64,000 nucleotides of DNA, from positions 95,542,001-95,606,000 of the forward strand of contig JAGIQG010000009.1 in NCBI GenBank assembly GCA_024679065.1. Direction: 5' to 3'. The notes under the pieces were generated by a model. That model saw only the letters and a program-made list of their open reading frames with translations. It had not been told where the DNA came from and searched no databases. The DNA comes from Sphyrna mokarran. Taxonomy: Eukaryota. This document shows positions 13,832 to 26,637 of the stretch, piece by piece (position 1 is the stretch's first letter; every line of letters starts with the position of its first letter). A program made the position numbers and the translations under genes.

Positions 13832-15247
13832 CTATCTCATTGCACCAATATTCTTGTATTGAAACAGGAGGAGTTGCTTGAAGGTTTTCTTGAAGGTAGG
13901 ATTACACAGTGCATAGCAGGCTGGGTTCACGGTGCTGTTGAAATAAAAGATCCAATATCCAATAATCCAGATTGTGTTGGGGACACAGGTTGCACAGAAG
14001 GTGTCAATGAGAACCATGACATTGTATGGGGCCCAGGTGATGAAACAAGCCAGGAGAATAGCCAGGACGGTCTTAGTCACCTTCTTCTCTCGGGATACAG
14101 CTTCCTTCTTCGTAGCAGAGATATTGGCCATTGTAATGATCACATTGTCTTGTCTGGTCTCTCTATCATGCCCTCTCTTACTATTGATACATGGCACCGT
14201 TCTTACTGTGGTACCACAGTGGTCATTGTTATGAGGTTCGTTAACTATCCTAAGGCAGGAGAGTTTGGTGTTGTCCATCCGGAAAAAGCTTTGTGCAGTC
14301 GAGGTACTTGTGCTCTTTTGTATTGCCTCTTCCTGCTTCTGGTTTGCTGATACCACGTTGAGGGAAGTTATCTCATTGTGAGGCTCCTTTTCTTGGCCAC
14401 ATATCGCAGTTCTTATTTTTCCAGTTATTTTGGCACCTTGCATTTTGGCTTGTGGCAAACCACCAGGAGCATTTGATGTGCTGCTGCTATTCAATTCCGT
14501 TATCTTTCTTTTCTCTAGGCTGTGGGAAACGGCTCCCTTGCTCGATTCAGACATCTTTTTATCTTCCATTATTCGACTCTTGCTGGCTCGAGATATTTGC
14601 ACGTATAAAATCATCATGATGAGCACAGGGAGGTAGAAGGCAGCTATCGCAGTGCCAAAAGTGACAGCTGGATTTGAAAAAAATTGCACATAACACTCAC
14701 CTTCACTAACTGTCCGCTCCCCTACAATGAACTGCCAGAAGAGAATGAGAGGCGCCCATAGAATAAAGGACACCACCCAAACAGCTCCGATCATCATCCC
14801 TGCCACCTTTGTTGTCCTCCACACGGGGTAGCTGAGGGGCTTTGTCACGCAGAAGTAGCGGTCAAAGCTGATAACCAGGAGGCTCATGGACGAGGTATTA
14901 CAGACAACATAATCTAGAGCCAGCCACAAGTCACATATCACTGGACCAAACGGCCAGTAGCCAATTAGGACGTAAATGTTGTAGAGATTCATAGAGAACA
15001 CACCAATAACCAAATCAGCACAGGCCAAGCTGAAAAGAAAGTAATTGTTAATAGTTTGTAAATGTCTGTTTAGTTTGATAGACATGATGACCAAAATGTT
15101 TCCAATAATTGTCACCAAGCTCAAAGCAGCTGTCACAGTCACCATGAGGACCACTTCAAATGTTTTGTAAGGACTCCCTCTTTCGCTGAGTAACAAGTCT
15201 GCTGGGTTGTAGAGAGATTCATCTGTCTGTGTAGAGCTTGCCATCAT
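13832..15247 (-). CDS. CHRM2-like: Muscarinic acetylcholine receptor M2-like GPCR, single coding exon, 471 aa, intact; divergent paralogue
   Basis: [73 protein letters not shown] and [15 protein letters not shown] all match M2. Splice acceptor (cttcAG, 15272-15271) lies just upstream of ATGATG at 15247, so the ORF-track start at 15310 is intronic. Confidence 0.92.
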   Translation of the reverse strand: MMASSTQTDESLYNPADLLLSERGSPYKTFEVVLMVTVTAALSLVTIIGNILVIMSIKLNRHLQTINNYFLFSLACADLVIGVFSMNLYNIYVLIGYWPFGPVICDLWLALDYVVCNTSSMSLLVISFDRYFCVTKPLSYPVWRTTKVAGMMIGAVWVVSFILWAPLILFWQFIVGERTVSEGECYVQFFSNPAVTFGTAIAAFYLPVLIMMILYVQISRASKSRIMEDKKMSESSKGAVSHSLEKRKITELNSSSTSNAPGGLPQAKMQGAKITGKIRTAICGQEKEPHNEITSLNVVSANQKQEEAIQKSTSTSTAQSFFRMDNTKLSCLRIVNEPHNNDHCGTTVRTVPCINSKRGHDRETRQDNVIITMANISATKKEAVSREKKVTKTVLAILLACFITWAPYNVMVLIDTFCATCVPNTIWIIGYWIFYFNSTVNPACYALCNPTFKKTFKQLLLFQYKNIGAMR

Positions 15248-17607
15248 TTCCCTCTGATGTGTAGTTAGCCCTGAAGAAGCATAAGTGTAGAAACTAAAAG
15301 AGGAAATCATTAGGAAATAGATTTCGGATATTTTGAAATTAAAAAAAAAAATTCATTGAATTTCTAGCAGCAAGATAAAAACAATTTTTGTTCTTAGAAA
15401 CCAGTATCTTTGGGGGGAAGGGTTCTGTTTTAATGAGGAATACTTCACCAGTCATTTACTTAACTATGAAAGAATAGTGAATTACTTGTTCCAAATTGAG
15501 TGAAGATGTTGATGAGCCTCATTGCAAACCTTGGGCTTTAGATTCATTGATCCAACATGTCTGGGTGAATCTTTTTTGCACTCTGCAAATATTCACCTGA
15601 AAACTTTCATCCCCTATGTTCATGTATCGAGATCACAACCTCATTTAAACCTAAAATGCCCAGATCTACTCTGAAGTAATGTAAGAAGGCAAATATTTAA
15701 TGTTGCATACCACATGATCTCTCACTTTTTACTACCATTCTTCAATATTTCCACGCTAGGCTGTTTTTCTTTGCAGCCCCAAGCACCACTGACTTAACTG
15801 GATGCTGATTAAAATTTCATCTCTTCCAACCTAGAGATGTTGCTACCAGATCTTTCCCAGACACCATCTAGGAGATCCTAGTTAGCCACTCCCCAACATA
15901 GTGCTCAACATCTCTCCTTAAGTATTGTCTTCCCCCCATTAAATCCATGTTCTGCAGGCCCTCTTTGAATCATATATTTTCAGAATATAAAATCTTACAT
16001 GTTTTCTCTACTGCCCCATTTGCAGGTCAAATAAAATATAATAATATTACTTTGTTTGATTATGAAATCTTTGCAAGCTGTAAGCATCTTTTCTCCTTCC
16101 TTTTGAATATTACATCTAAAAGTTCAAACCCCTGTTTATCTCCAAATGCAAATTTCTACCCATGGCTTATTTACTTGTCAGAAAATTAACTTGTCATGTT
16201 TACTTAATATGCATTGCACAGATATCTCAAACTTTATTCATCATGGGTACCCAGCATAACTAAATTATGTCCACACATTTATACGCAAGTCTGTTTCTCA
16301 AAGTAACACAATAAACCCCAAAATTATTAAATGCAATACCATCTCTCATTACACTTCCAAAGTGGCATGATCAATTGGTTTGCAGTAATAAACTCAATGT
16401 TTAACTCAAGGAAGCCTGGTTAAACTGGCTCTTTTAAAACATAAATATATTTGGTATGGGAAAAGGAGTCCAGATTGGAAGGGAATCATTTTGAAAAAAT
16501 GTTGTTGAGACTAACCAAGGGTTGAATAAAAGGAACCAGTTCATCCTTCTTCGCCAGGAGAATTTTATTGATGCCATCTCTAGAATTATGGCTCATGCCA
16601 AGCTAGTTCTCACAGACAGAGTGCGCTAAACTTGGGAATATCACCCTGGAATATGTCATTACATAGGACATCCCAGCATAAAAATTCCATTCAAGTCTCC
16701 TCTCATATTTCGCCATCTTATTTTTCAATCAATTCACTTCATGTCTTGTCCAGTTTCCAATCTAAATGATTTTTTTTTAATTATTCCCGGTAATAGCGAG
16801 TCCCACATTCTCACCCCTCTTTGGGTAAAGAAGTATTTTCTGAATACTCCATCGACTTTCTTGGTGTCTATCTTATTTTTTTGAGCAGCTGCATCTGATC
16901 CTTCTCACAAAAAAATCTACAATATGAAAACATGTCAGAATTTTAAATATGTCTATTATGTCTAGTGGACTTCAGCCTCAGTTTTTAAGAAAATAGACCA
17001 AGCTCATCAATTCTTTTCTGCTATGTATTACAAAAAATTTTGTAGTCTCATTTTTGCAAATCTTCCCTACACCCACTCCACGGCCGCTAGCTTATTGTTC
17101 TATATCTTCAACATATCTTATATGCAGCATTCTATGTATTCTTGCGTACTTACAAGTTAGCATGCACTCCTTACATTTCAAGTCTACTCTCCTGGAATAC
17201 TAATGCTTGGTTTGCTTTCTCCCCCTTCAATGCAACTATGCAATGCAACTTTCAGCAACTGATGCATTTGTTATTCTTTGTTCCTCTACCCCACTGAGAC
17301 TTGCAACTTGAAGTAATAAGTACACTCCTTCTTCTCTCTACCAGATATGAACTTGCTGTCATTTCTACTGTTGCGCTTCAGTTGCCAATTATTTTCCCAT
17401 TCTGCAAGTTTATTTCTTTTTTCCCACACTTTGTCACACCCTAAATATTGATCTTTTCTGGCCTTCAATGTGGTGTTCTGCAGGGGAGCTAGGATGAGAT
17501 GGTGGTGCTGTTGGTGTTAGGGACCAGGGACGTGAGTGGTGGAAGAGTTTGTTGAACATAAGATGAGTTGGAATTCAGTTTAGATCATGTAAATTCATTT
17601 GTTCTTC

Positions 17608-20600
17608 TCAACACTTAATGGATTTAATCATTTGAGTAAATGAATATTTGACCATGTTCGTCAGTTGCTCTCGGAAATTCATCTGAGTCATGGCAGAAAC
17701 ACAAATGTTTGTGCTGCAACTCAGGAGCTGCAGCGTAAAACCTACTTCCCACATAATATCAAACATCAGTGCAGGTTCATGCTCTGGAAATCACATTCCT
17801 GCCCGTGTGGGATGCCCCACATATGTGGGCCATAACAGGATGAAAGTCCCAGGGATAATAAATAGGAGCATGACAAATTTCCTTTCACTCTTCATCTCGA
17901 AAGCTTTGGGAGTCTCCCCATGGTAGGAAACCTGGAGTATCTTGCAAGTTTGACTGGTCAACAAAATATGTCCAACAGTGAAAGCGTTGAACAGCAGATT
18001 CAGAATAAATGGGTGAGAATGCAATTCAAGAGCATAATTGTGAACCAGACTGGTGATTCCAGAGCAAGGCAAGTTCCACAGCTGATGCTTATCCATTAGC
18101 ATAAAATACCACATAGTATCTTTTAAACAGCTCAGCACAGTCACTGTTCCCAGAGTGGTAGCCGCAGTTTTCACAGTACAATATTTAAATTTCAGTCTCT
18201 GGGAATAGATGACCACAAATCTATCAAGAGTGAAAGTGCTGGTGAAGTGGACAGAACAGTCTGTGGCTGCATAAAGCAGAACATTACGGAGGTTACACAT
18301 GGGGATGGAGTACACTGTTTCCTATAAACAATTGGAATGTGCCTCGGCATCAGGTTGATAATAACAAGCAGCAGACCTGCCATTGCCATAGTCAACAAGA
18401 AGCTTGTAACACATCTATAGAGACTGCACTTTCCCTGAGAAAGCATCACAATTGTCACTACATTAACTGTGAGGGAGAGATATCAACAGGGAAAATATAT
18501 ATCAGACTGGGAGCAGAATTACCAGTTTCAATAATTACTTGTTGCCACGTCCAGTGGTCTTATGATTTATTTTATTCTTTCAGTGGATATGGGTGACACT
18601 AGCTTAGCCAGCATTTGTTGCCAAATGTAATTTCCCCTGAACGGAATGGTTTGGTAGGTCATTGCACAGAGCTGTTAGGAGTCAATCACATTGTTGTGGG
18701 TCTGGAATGACACACAGGCCAGGCCCGGTGAGGATCATTGAATGACTACAGCACAGGAAGAGGTCATTTAGCCCTTCCTGTCTGCACAAACTTTCCAAAG
18801 GAACCAAAAGGGGATAGCAGATTCAATTACCTAAAGAACATAAAAGAAACAGATGTCTTTTTTTTTGCAATCAGTGACAGTTATCATGCTCACCATTACT
18901 GACACTCATTTACATTAGATTTTTGAGTGGGCTTATCTTAAGTTGAGTTTTCCCTACACTCTGTAACACTATATTCCATGCCTTGTCCTTTCCTTTCCCT
19001 TTTTATACACTATGAATGGCATGCTTTGCCTGTATAGCACAATAAACAATATTTTTCACTGTATCATGATGAATCAAATACTGGAGATATTTGTTAACTG
19101 ATTTCAACTTTCATGAATTCTGACAGTGAAATTTGAATCTATTCCCTCAGGATATTAGCCTGGACTCTGTGCTTCCAGGCCAGTGACATTATCACTGCAC
19201 TACCATCACTGTAAGTGTTTTACTATTTGGTGTTTCTTTTCTTTCTAGCCCAAATGAACCATGCTTTCCCTGTGATATGGCATGAATGTACTCCACATGT
19301 GATCAGATGAGACATTCCTTGACATAAGACGAGTGAAAGCAACAAGTTTTAATCAGAGAACAACATCACGCTGATGCTGCTGCACAAGTTAACCAGGCAA
19401 AAGGCAACATGTAAATACCCATTAGTCATCTGCCCCACGCTTGTGTCATCATGATCTCGTTTACCTTTGGTTCCAATAAGACTATGTTTTAGTATAATTT
19501 TCATGTTTTGGATGCCATACACAACATCATCATTTATTGCCCAATAATAATTATCATTAGGGTGTTGTGATCAAGGCCTTGTGCATCTCATGTTCCTCAA
19601 ACTCAACAACACAATACTGGAAAAAGACAGCAAGCTTTGCTCTCTTTGCTGCCTGATGCCAAAGAACACATTCCTTGTTAAGGTGTTCAACACAGGTATT
19701 TATGAGGAACACGCACATTGTTTGACTATAAAAATAGACATGCAAAGACTACAAACTGACCCATTTATCCAAGATGGTCATTAACAAGGTTTAAATCTTG
19801 TCCTGAACACATCACTGCTTGCTATGAAGTCTGGGCATCTGCCAAGAACTCTCAATAACCTCCAACTTTAATGACTACATGATATTTTTGGCATTACATA
19901 GAAAGACAAAGTCATCTATCAGTCCTTTCTGGGAGCTCCAATCAAGTGGCAGAACATTCATTGGTTTGGCATGTGCATAGGAATGAAAATGGTTGTATCA
20001 CCAAGGATATGATGTACGATGAGGTATCTGTTGCCACAAGAAGAAAAATACAGTGGATGATCACATCTGTCCTGGTCAAAGATGAGGTTTCCACTCTCAT
20101 TATTACTGGCAGGTGGAAGGATGGGAGCATGAAGTCAATATTATGCTATATTTGTAGTCATCATATCTACTGGAGAGAGTAAGCACCAATTGATGGAAGC
20201 AATCATTACATAGAAATTAGTATTTGGTATGAAGCAAACGATGTCTAATCGCACTTTCTGAAAGAACACATAAAGGTTTGTGCAGACCTATTGTGTCACA
20301 GTGGAAAGAGCTGAGCGATGAAGCAAGAACAAAAGATAACAAGAATAATTCACAATGAAGGAGAGAGGAATGCGGTAGAAGGATACCTGTTGATGCTGGC
20401 TGAGAGATTCCCTCACCTGTTACAGGCAGCATAGAATCCAATGATTCAGGGCAGTAACAGGAAGAGGGTCCTTTGAAAATCGTTGGGACTTTTTGTTTTG
20501 GAAAGAAATTCACTGAGAATCATAGAATAACAGAATCCTTACAGTGCAGAATGAAACCATTTGGCCCATCATGTCTGCACTGACAACAATCCCACCCAGG

Positions 20601-21859
20601 CATTATTCCTGTAACCCCACATATTTACCCTGCTACCCCACTCCCCCTCCCCCCAAACACTAAAATCAATTTAGCAAGGCCAATCCACCTAACCTGCACA
20701 TCTTTGGACCTTGGGAGGAAAGCAGAACACCCAGGTGAAACCTACACAGGTATGAAGACACCATGCAAATTCCAACAGACAGAGGCCTGAGTTGAACCTG
20801 AGTCCTTGGCACTGTGAGGCAGCAGTGCTAATCATTGTGCCACCGTGCCATCAGATATTATTACTCTTGTAACAATATCAACACTTTGAGTAAAATGAAA
20901 CATTGCAGTCAGAGAAGGCAAACATTGAGCAGGGTGAATGGGTGCACATCCCCAGACATAAGAGAAAAAGTATTTCCAAATCCATCTGTGATCATTCTGT
21001 CTAGGCGGATGTCAAAAACTCAACGTTGATATGATTCCCCAACAGAATTGGATTTCTGATTTCCAATCTTGTTAGGAGATTCAATCAGTCCCTTCATTGC
21101 AAAAAGAAAACATCAGCTTAGATAAATGGTTGAAGTGAGGATGTGTCATTCCTCGAGCTCAGAATGAATGGACTACTGTGCAATAATTAAATCAAGTAAA
21201 ATTAAAACAACATTACACCCAGAAAGAAAGAAGTTCACTGAATAAATGCAATACTCGTTTCAAACAAGGGAAACATGCTTATAAAATAATAATAATAATA
21301 AAAGCAAACTATTGTGGATGCTGGAATCTGAAACCAAAAAAAAATGCTGGAAAAATCTCAATAAGTCTGGCAGCATCTGGAAGGAGAGAAAAGAGCTGAC
21401 ATTTTGAGCCCACATGAACCTTTGTCAAAGCTAAAAGGCAAAGAAAGTGGGAGATATTTATACTGCAGGGTGAGAATAAAAGATGAGTCATAGCTACAGA
21501 AATAAGGGGAAAGACTGCTAATGGCAGTTCATAGACAGAATAAAGGGTGTGAATAGCCAAACGGCATAGAAGCTAAAATCAGAGGGCAGATTGTGACAGA
21601 TGCAGATGTAGGGGGAGAGGGTGGAAATGGTGGGAGAGTGGGAACATTTAGAGACAAGGGAAGCAAAGGGGGAGAAAACATAAGGAAAGTGGGATAAAGT
21701 GGGAGGAAAGAGTGGAGGGGAGAAAAAAATTAAGAAAGACGGAGAAACATAATGAATGGCTGGATGTGAAGACTTACCAGGAACAGCAATAGCAGCAAGT
21801 AGAGGGTAGTAAATCTTTTCTAAGTCAATGATGAAACAATACACCATCCACTCGTCCAT
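17608..21859 (-). pseudogene. GPR139-like GPCR pseudogene (exon 1 21859-21778, exon 2 18466-17608)
   Basis: Exon 1 MDEWMVYCFIIDLEKIYYPLLAAIAVP+G|GTAAGT. Exon 2 VNVVTIVMLSQGKCSL.. has a frameshift near 18315, then LLYAATDCSV..FTLDRF..KYCT. Apparent deletion in ECL2/TM5, in-frame TGA at 17793-17791, then ..LQLLSCSTNICVSAMTQMNFREQL..KC* ending 17608. Confidence 0.88.
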
Positions 21860-22239
21860 TTCAGTGGAAACGCTGATCCCTGTTAGTGTCAGAGATAATG
21901 CTCTAGCTGACACTAAGAAATATAGCAAGTTGAGAGCAACGTTTTATTAACAGAAAAGACTGTGATGCAGTCAGTTCCACTGAGACTGCCATTAATTAGT
22001 ATGACTGAACAAACAAGTTTAGTTACCCAATTTCAATCTGAGACTTATTATCACAACAAATATTTTGTGAACGGTCCATGTGTACAACACTTTAAAATGT
22101 CCAGCACATTCTCAGGTTGAACACAAACCAGAACAATTTGCCATCTTTTTAGACAGTAACTACAAGGCAGTTTAGCTTTATGAGAGAAAGGTTTGCTCCT
22201 TTATGTTGAATTCTGTGCTGATCATTGCCTGATGTATTT

Positions 22240-22770
22240 GGTTTGATTTGATTTATTATTGTCACATGCATTAACACACAGCAAAATTATTGTCTCTTGC
22301 ATGCTATACAGACAAAGCATACCATTCGTACAGAAGGACACAAGAGAGTTGCAGAATATAGTGTTACAGTCAAATCTAGAGTGTAGAGAAAGATCAACTT
22401 AATGCAAAGTACATCCATTCAACAGTCTGACAGCAGCAGGGAAGAAGCGGTTCTTGAGTCAGTTGGAATGTGACCCCAAACTTTCATATCCTTTTCCCAA
22501 TGGAAGAAGGTGGAAGAGAGAATTCCGAGGTGCATGGTGTCCTTAATTATGCTGGCTGCTTTGCCGAGGTAGCGGGAACCATAGATAGAGTCAATGGATG
22601 AGAAGCTGGTTTGCGTGATGGGTTGGCTACATTCACAATTCTTTGTAGTTGCTTGTGGTCTTGGGCAGAGCAGGAGCCAAGCTGTGATACAACCAGAAAG
22701 CATGCTTTCTATCTGTAAAAGTTGGTGAGAGTTGTAGCTAACATGCCCAATTTCCTTAGTTTTTTGAGAG
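22240..22770 (-). mobile_element. Rex1/Babar-like LINE 3' end
   Basis: IESMLSGCITAW..GKAASIIKD; (ATCAA)n tail. Confidence 0.7.
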
Positions 22771-23284
22771 GGGATGGAAGGAAGGTTTAATGGGCCCAAT
22801 ACAGCATAGCAGTCTTTAGTTGTATTTGTTACAGGTGATCATGCAATACTCACTGAACTCTGCATTGATTGCGTCTTCTCATTGGCCAGATTAACTTTCT
22901 ACTTTGCTTGACCTCTTCCATTACCTTCCAGACAGATAGCCTTCAAAGGTCACTGCCATTGGTGATTATAGAACATAGAACATAGAACAATACAGCACAG
23001 AACAGGCCCTTCGGCCTTCGATGTTGTGCCGACCAAAATAAAAAGCAATGCCCCTCCAAACTAAACCATTCCCTTCTCTTCCATATACTTATCAATTAAC
23101 CTCTTAAACGCCACCAAACTTGGCGCATCTACAACAGATTGATTGATGCATTTGTTACTGTTGATATTTTGTTATTTTCTATATCTCACTTGCAAGTGTC
23201 CTGTGTTGTGGAGAACTGGAGACCAAGCACATCCCCTGGTTATCCAGACAGGAGATCTTTGTGTAACATGGTTATCCAATAAAT

Positions 23285-23520
23285 GTGCCCATAACAACAC
23301 ACGTCATTGATTTAGGGAACACTGATGGAATTTCCATGCTCAGGGACCTCGGAGTTGGCGACCTTGCCCTGCCAAGAGATGCTGAAGATATCTCTCAGAG
23401 AGTTACGGTCAAAATGATCCAGTATTTTTTCATGCTCAGCACATGTTATCCAAGCATCATCATTATATAGGAGGGCAGTGAAGACAAAGGGTTGGTAGAC
23501 TTGCAATTAGGTGTTCAGCA
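23285..23520 (-). mobile_element. RTE/BovB-like LINE fragment (another at ~19560-20140, +)
   Basis: LLYNDDAW..EKILDHFDRNSLRDIFSISWQGKVANSEV. Confidence 0.65.
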
Positions 23521-24199
23521 TGGAGGAATGATGATTCATCAGCTGGCAGGGGGTTGGAGGAGGCAGAGGGTATGTAATCACCTGGAGGTATCCTTGCTCA
23601 TGTTTTACCTGACACCTTGCGATTTCTTGGAGTCCAAGCTAACTCACTCCATCACTGCATACTCCTGTGCCACCACCTCTGTCATGTTGATGGGACAGGA
23701 CATACCCAGAGATGTGATGGTGTTGCCTAGAACACAATCGTTATCATATAATTCCCTGAATATGAATATGTCAAGCTGTTACCTACTACTGAGCCAATTT
23801 TCCCAATTTTGGAACTAGCCCCCTAGATGTTAATAAAGCTAACTTTATAGGGTCAATAGGTTTGTGTTTGACATCGTCATTTCCTTGGTTTCATTCCATT
23901 TCATTGACTTTAGCTTACCATTTCAGAGGGCATTGCTGTAGGTGTGGAGTTGTATATAGACCAAAGCAGGAAGTGATTGTAGATTTTCTTCCCTAAAAAA
24001 CATTAATGAACTAGTTTTTTTTTTACAATAATCAATTTATAGTCACCATTAGACTTTTTGATGAATATAAATTTCACCATCTGTCAAACTGTAATTAGAA
24101 TCTGGAACCTCAGAACATTATTTTGGGCCTCTGGTTTACTAATCCAGTGACAATACCACTATGTCTTCATCTTGCCTTGTGGAGCTTTGATATGTGAAG

Positions 24200-24680
24200 C
24201 TATCAACATCTTCCAGCTTCACATCGTTCCTGCAAATAGATAGTGATGCAGCTACAACCTGGACTGTGCAATTTGCTTTTGTGATGCCACTTAACATCTC
24301 CTCCAAAGCTGGGCCAAAATTTGCAGTGCTCTCCTAATGCTCTCAATCCAGCTATGAACCCAGAGATAGTCTCCACTGGCTCCTTCGCAGCAGAATGAAA
24401 ATTATGTTTCAAATCATGATGGAAGGTCAAGGGTTAAAGTTATCTTTGACCAATTCCACTCTCTGGTCGAAAGACTTTGTTGGAATTCTCTGACCTCACC
24501 CACAACTGGGATTCTATGGTCCCACTGCTGTGTGTCAAATTCTCCATTCACAGTGGCAGTGATGCATGAATGGCCAGGGAATTCTGTCTGTTGTGGAGCA
24601 TCAGGCAATGTCAGACTTCTCACTAGGCTGTAAGTTTGCCACGGAATGTGAGCAGCATCCCCTTCCATTTTCCTCTGCTG
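24200..24680 (-). mobile_element. Ty3/Gypsy gag remnant
   Basis: FHSAAKEPVETISGFIAGLRALGEHCKF resembles the Gypsy gag Q-x-x-x-E-S-V-x-x-F-x-x-x-L-R-x-L-A-x-x-C-x-F motif. Confidence 0.65.
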
Positions 24681-25049
24681 TAATCTCATTAGAATAGAAT
24701 TCGTACAGTGCAGAAGGAGGTCATTCAGCCCATTGAGCCTGCATGAACAACAATCCCACCAATGCCCTATCCCCACGCATTTATCCTGTTAGTCCCCCTA
24801 ACTCTAAACTGCAAGCTAGCATGGTCAATCCACCTAACCCACATGTCTGCAGTATGGGAGGAAACCAAAGCACTCAAAGAAAACCCATGCAGATATGGGG
24901 AGAACTCTTTTGGTCAGGATTGTGATTTTAATAATCTCCAGATCAACAGCTGAATATTCACATATAGAGGTCTGTCTTCTTTCCTTCTTCTCATCTGCTG
25001 GCATCTTCAGGGGTTCCCATCATGTATTCATTCTCGATTACACTGGCTC

Positions 25050-25800
25050 CCAGAACAATTTGTGTCACCATTGCTTTACAACAGACATTAAGGTATCCAA
25101 CAATTAGGCAACAGACAATTACAATTGAAATGAGTATGATCAGTCCATGCAATAAATAAAATCCCCACAATATCCTCCCAATAGCCATTCCAGCCACTTA
25201 GTTCCTCTATTAGGTCACTGTCTGAAGTTATCCAGTTGTTCTCTGATGTTATTAATGACTTGGGTAACGTTATAGGATTTGACTGTGACATGGGTTATGC
25301 ATTTGTTGCCTACAATTGAACATGCTCCCCCTTATTGTGTTAATTGGTAGCCCACAGCATGTTGTGTTTGCTGTGCATATAATCTTCATTCAGCCATCCC
25401 TTGGTTGACAGCCTTCAATGCTTTTGAAGTGCTGTTTCCCAGGACTGTTAATCCACAAACAATATGATTCCTATTCTTTGCACTAATCACTGTTGCTGCC
25501 CTCCCCCCCATAACCCCACATATAGGGCTCCAAGAACCCGTGTCCTAGCAATGATCCCATTGTGCCCAGGGCTTTCCAAAGAGTGCAGAATTCTTTGCTG
25601 ATAGTCTATTCTCCTTTGGATATCATCCTGATGAGGGGATGGACAGTGAGTGGTCCTATTATTCCAACTGCAAAATAGTTTGGGAGGTTTGGGAGGTTTG
25701 GTGTAAGTACTATTGAAGAGCAATACAAATCCCTTCTTAGCCCGGTAACACTTAGTGTCTTGATTATGAGTTTCTTCATATTGCCAATTGTTCAATTGAG
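25050..25800 (-). pseudogene. env: Retroviral env remnant (SU C-terminus + TM), frameshifted
   Basis: Manual translation: [68 protein letters not shown], then membrane anchor LLHGLIILISIVIVCCLIVG. Confidence 0.85.
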
Positions 25801-26286
25801 TTGGGTGCTTTGTTCCAAAGCATATCTCCTGATTTCATCTTTTAGTGGACCTACATTGGCTCCACTGTGAATATTTTGTGCTCCTGTGACAGTCCATTCA
25901 GAAATGTCGAGGGGCTTGCTACAATGGGTGCAACTTGGACATGAGTACGGTGTATCTATCGTGAGCCTATTGTTTCCATCAGCCTTGCTCACTGGCCATG
26001 CCGGGGAGTTAGTGGTGCTTGTGGTCTCTTTCAGAATCCTCTTTTCCACTAACCCTTTCACTGTCTCCACTACAGCTTTCTCTACCTCTGGTTGTATTGG
26101 CTATTGTCGGTGTAGCTTGTGCTCCAGTCCTGGTACCTTTATTGGGCCTGTTTTAGTTAAGCTGGTATCTAACTTTATTTTAGCCCATACGCCAGAGATG
26201 GAAGCACAGATGGCTCCGAACCCTCCTGTCTTGAATTCCCAATTTCTGATGATGGTTGCAGCCACCTTAATGGTTTCAAGATGACT

Positions 26287-26637
26287 TGGGCAGCACGGTG
26301 GCACAGTGGTTAGCACTGCTGCTTCACAGCTCCAGGGTCCTGAGTTCGATTTCCAGCTCGGGTCACTGTCTGTGTGGAGTTTGCACATTCTTCTCACGTC
26401 TGCGTGGGTTTCTTCAGGTGTATTGGTTTCCTTCCACAGTCCAAAGATATGTTGGTTAGGTTGATTGACCATGCTAAGAAATTGCTCCTTAATATCCAGG
26501 GATACACAGGTTTGAGGGATTCATGGATATAATAAGTGGAGGTATGGGAGTAGGGCCTGGGGTGGGATTATGGTTGGTGCAGAGTCGATGGGCTGAAGGG
26601 CCTCTTTCTGCACTGTAGGGTTCTATGATTCTATGAT
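26287..26637 (+). mobile_element. tRNA-derived V-SINE (HE1-like) inserted in the ERV pol
   Basis: GGGCAGCACGGTGGCACAGTGGTTAGCAC head, GTTCGAT B-box, V-domain, (TTCTATGA)n tail. Confidence 0.85.

Noticed and set aside
13859-14636. Plus-strand ORFs of 68-163 aa
   Set aside because: Antisense shadows of the M2-like CDS
15248-15310. N-terminal extension of the M2-like ORF
   Set aside because: Crosses a splice acceptor at 15271; ATG 15247 fits the family
26287-26360. tRNA gene
   Set aside because: tRNA-derived SINE head followed by V-domain and tail
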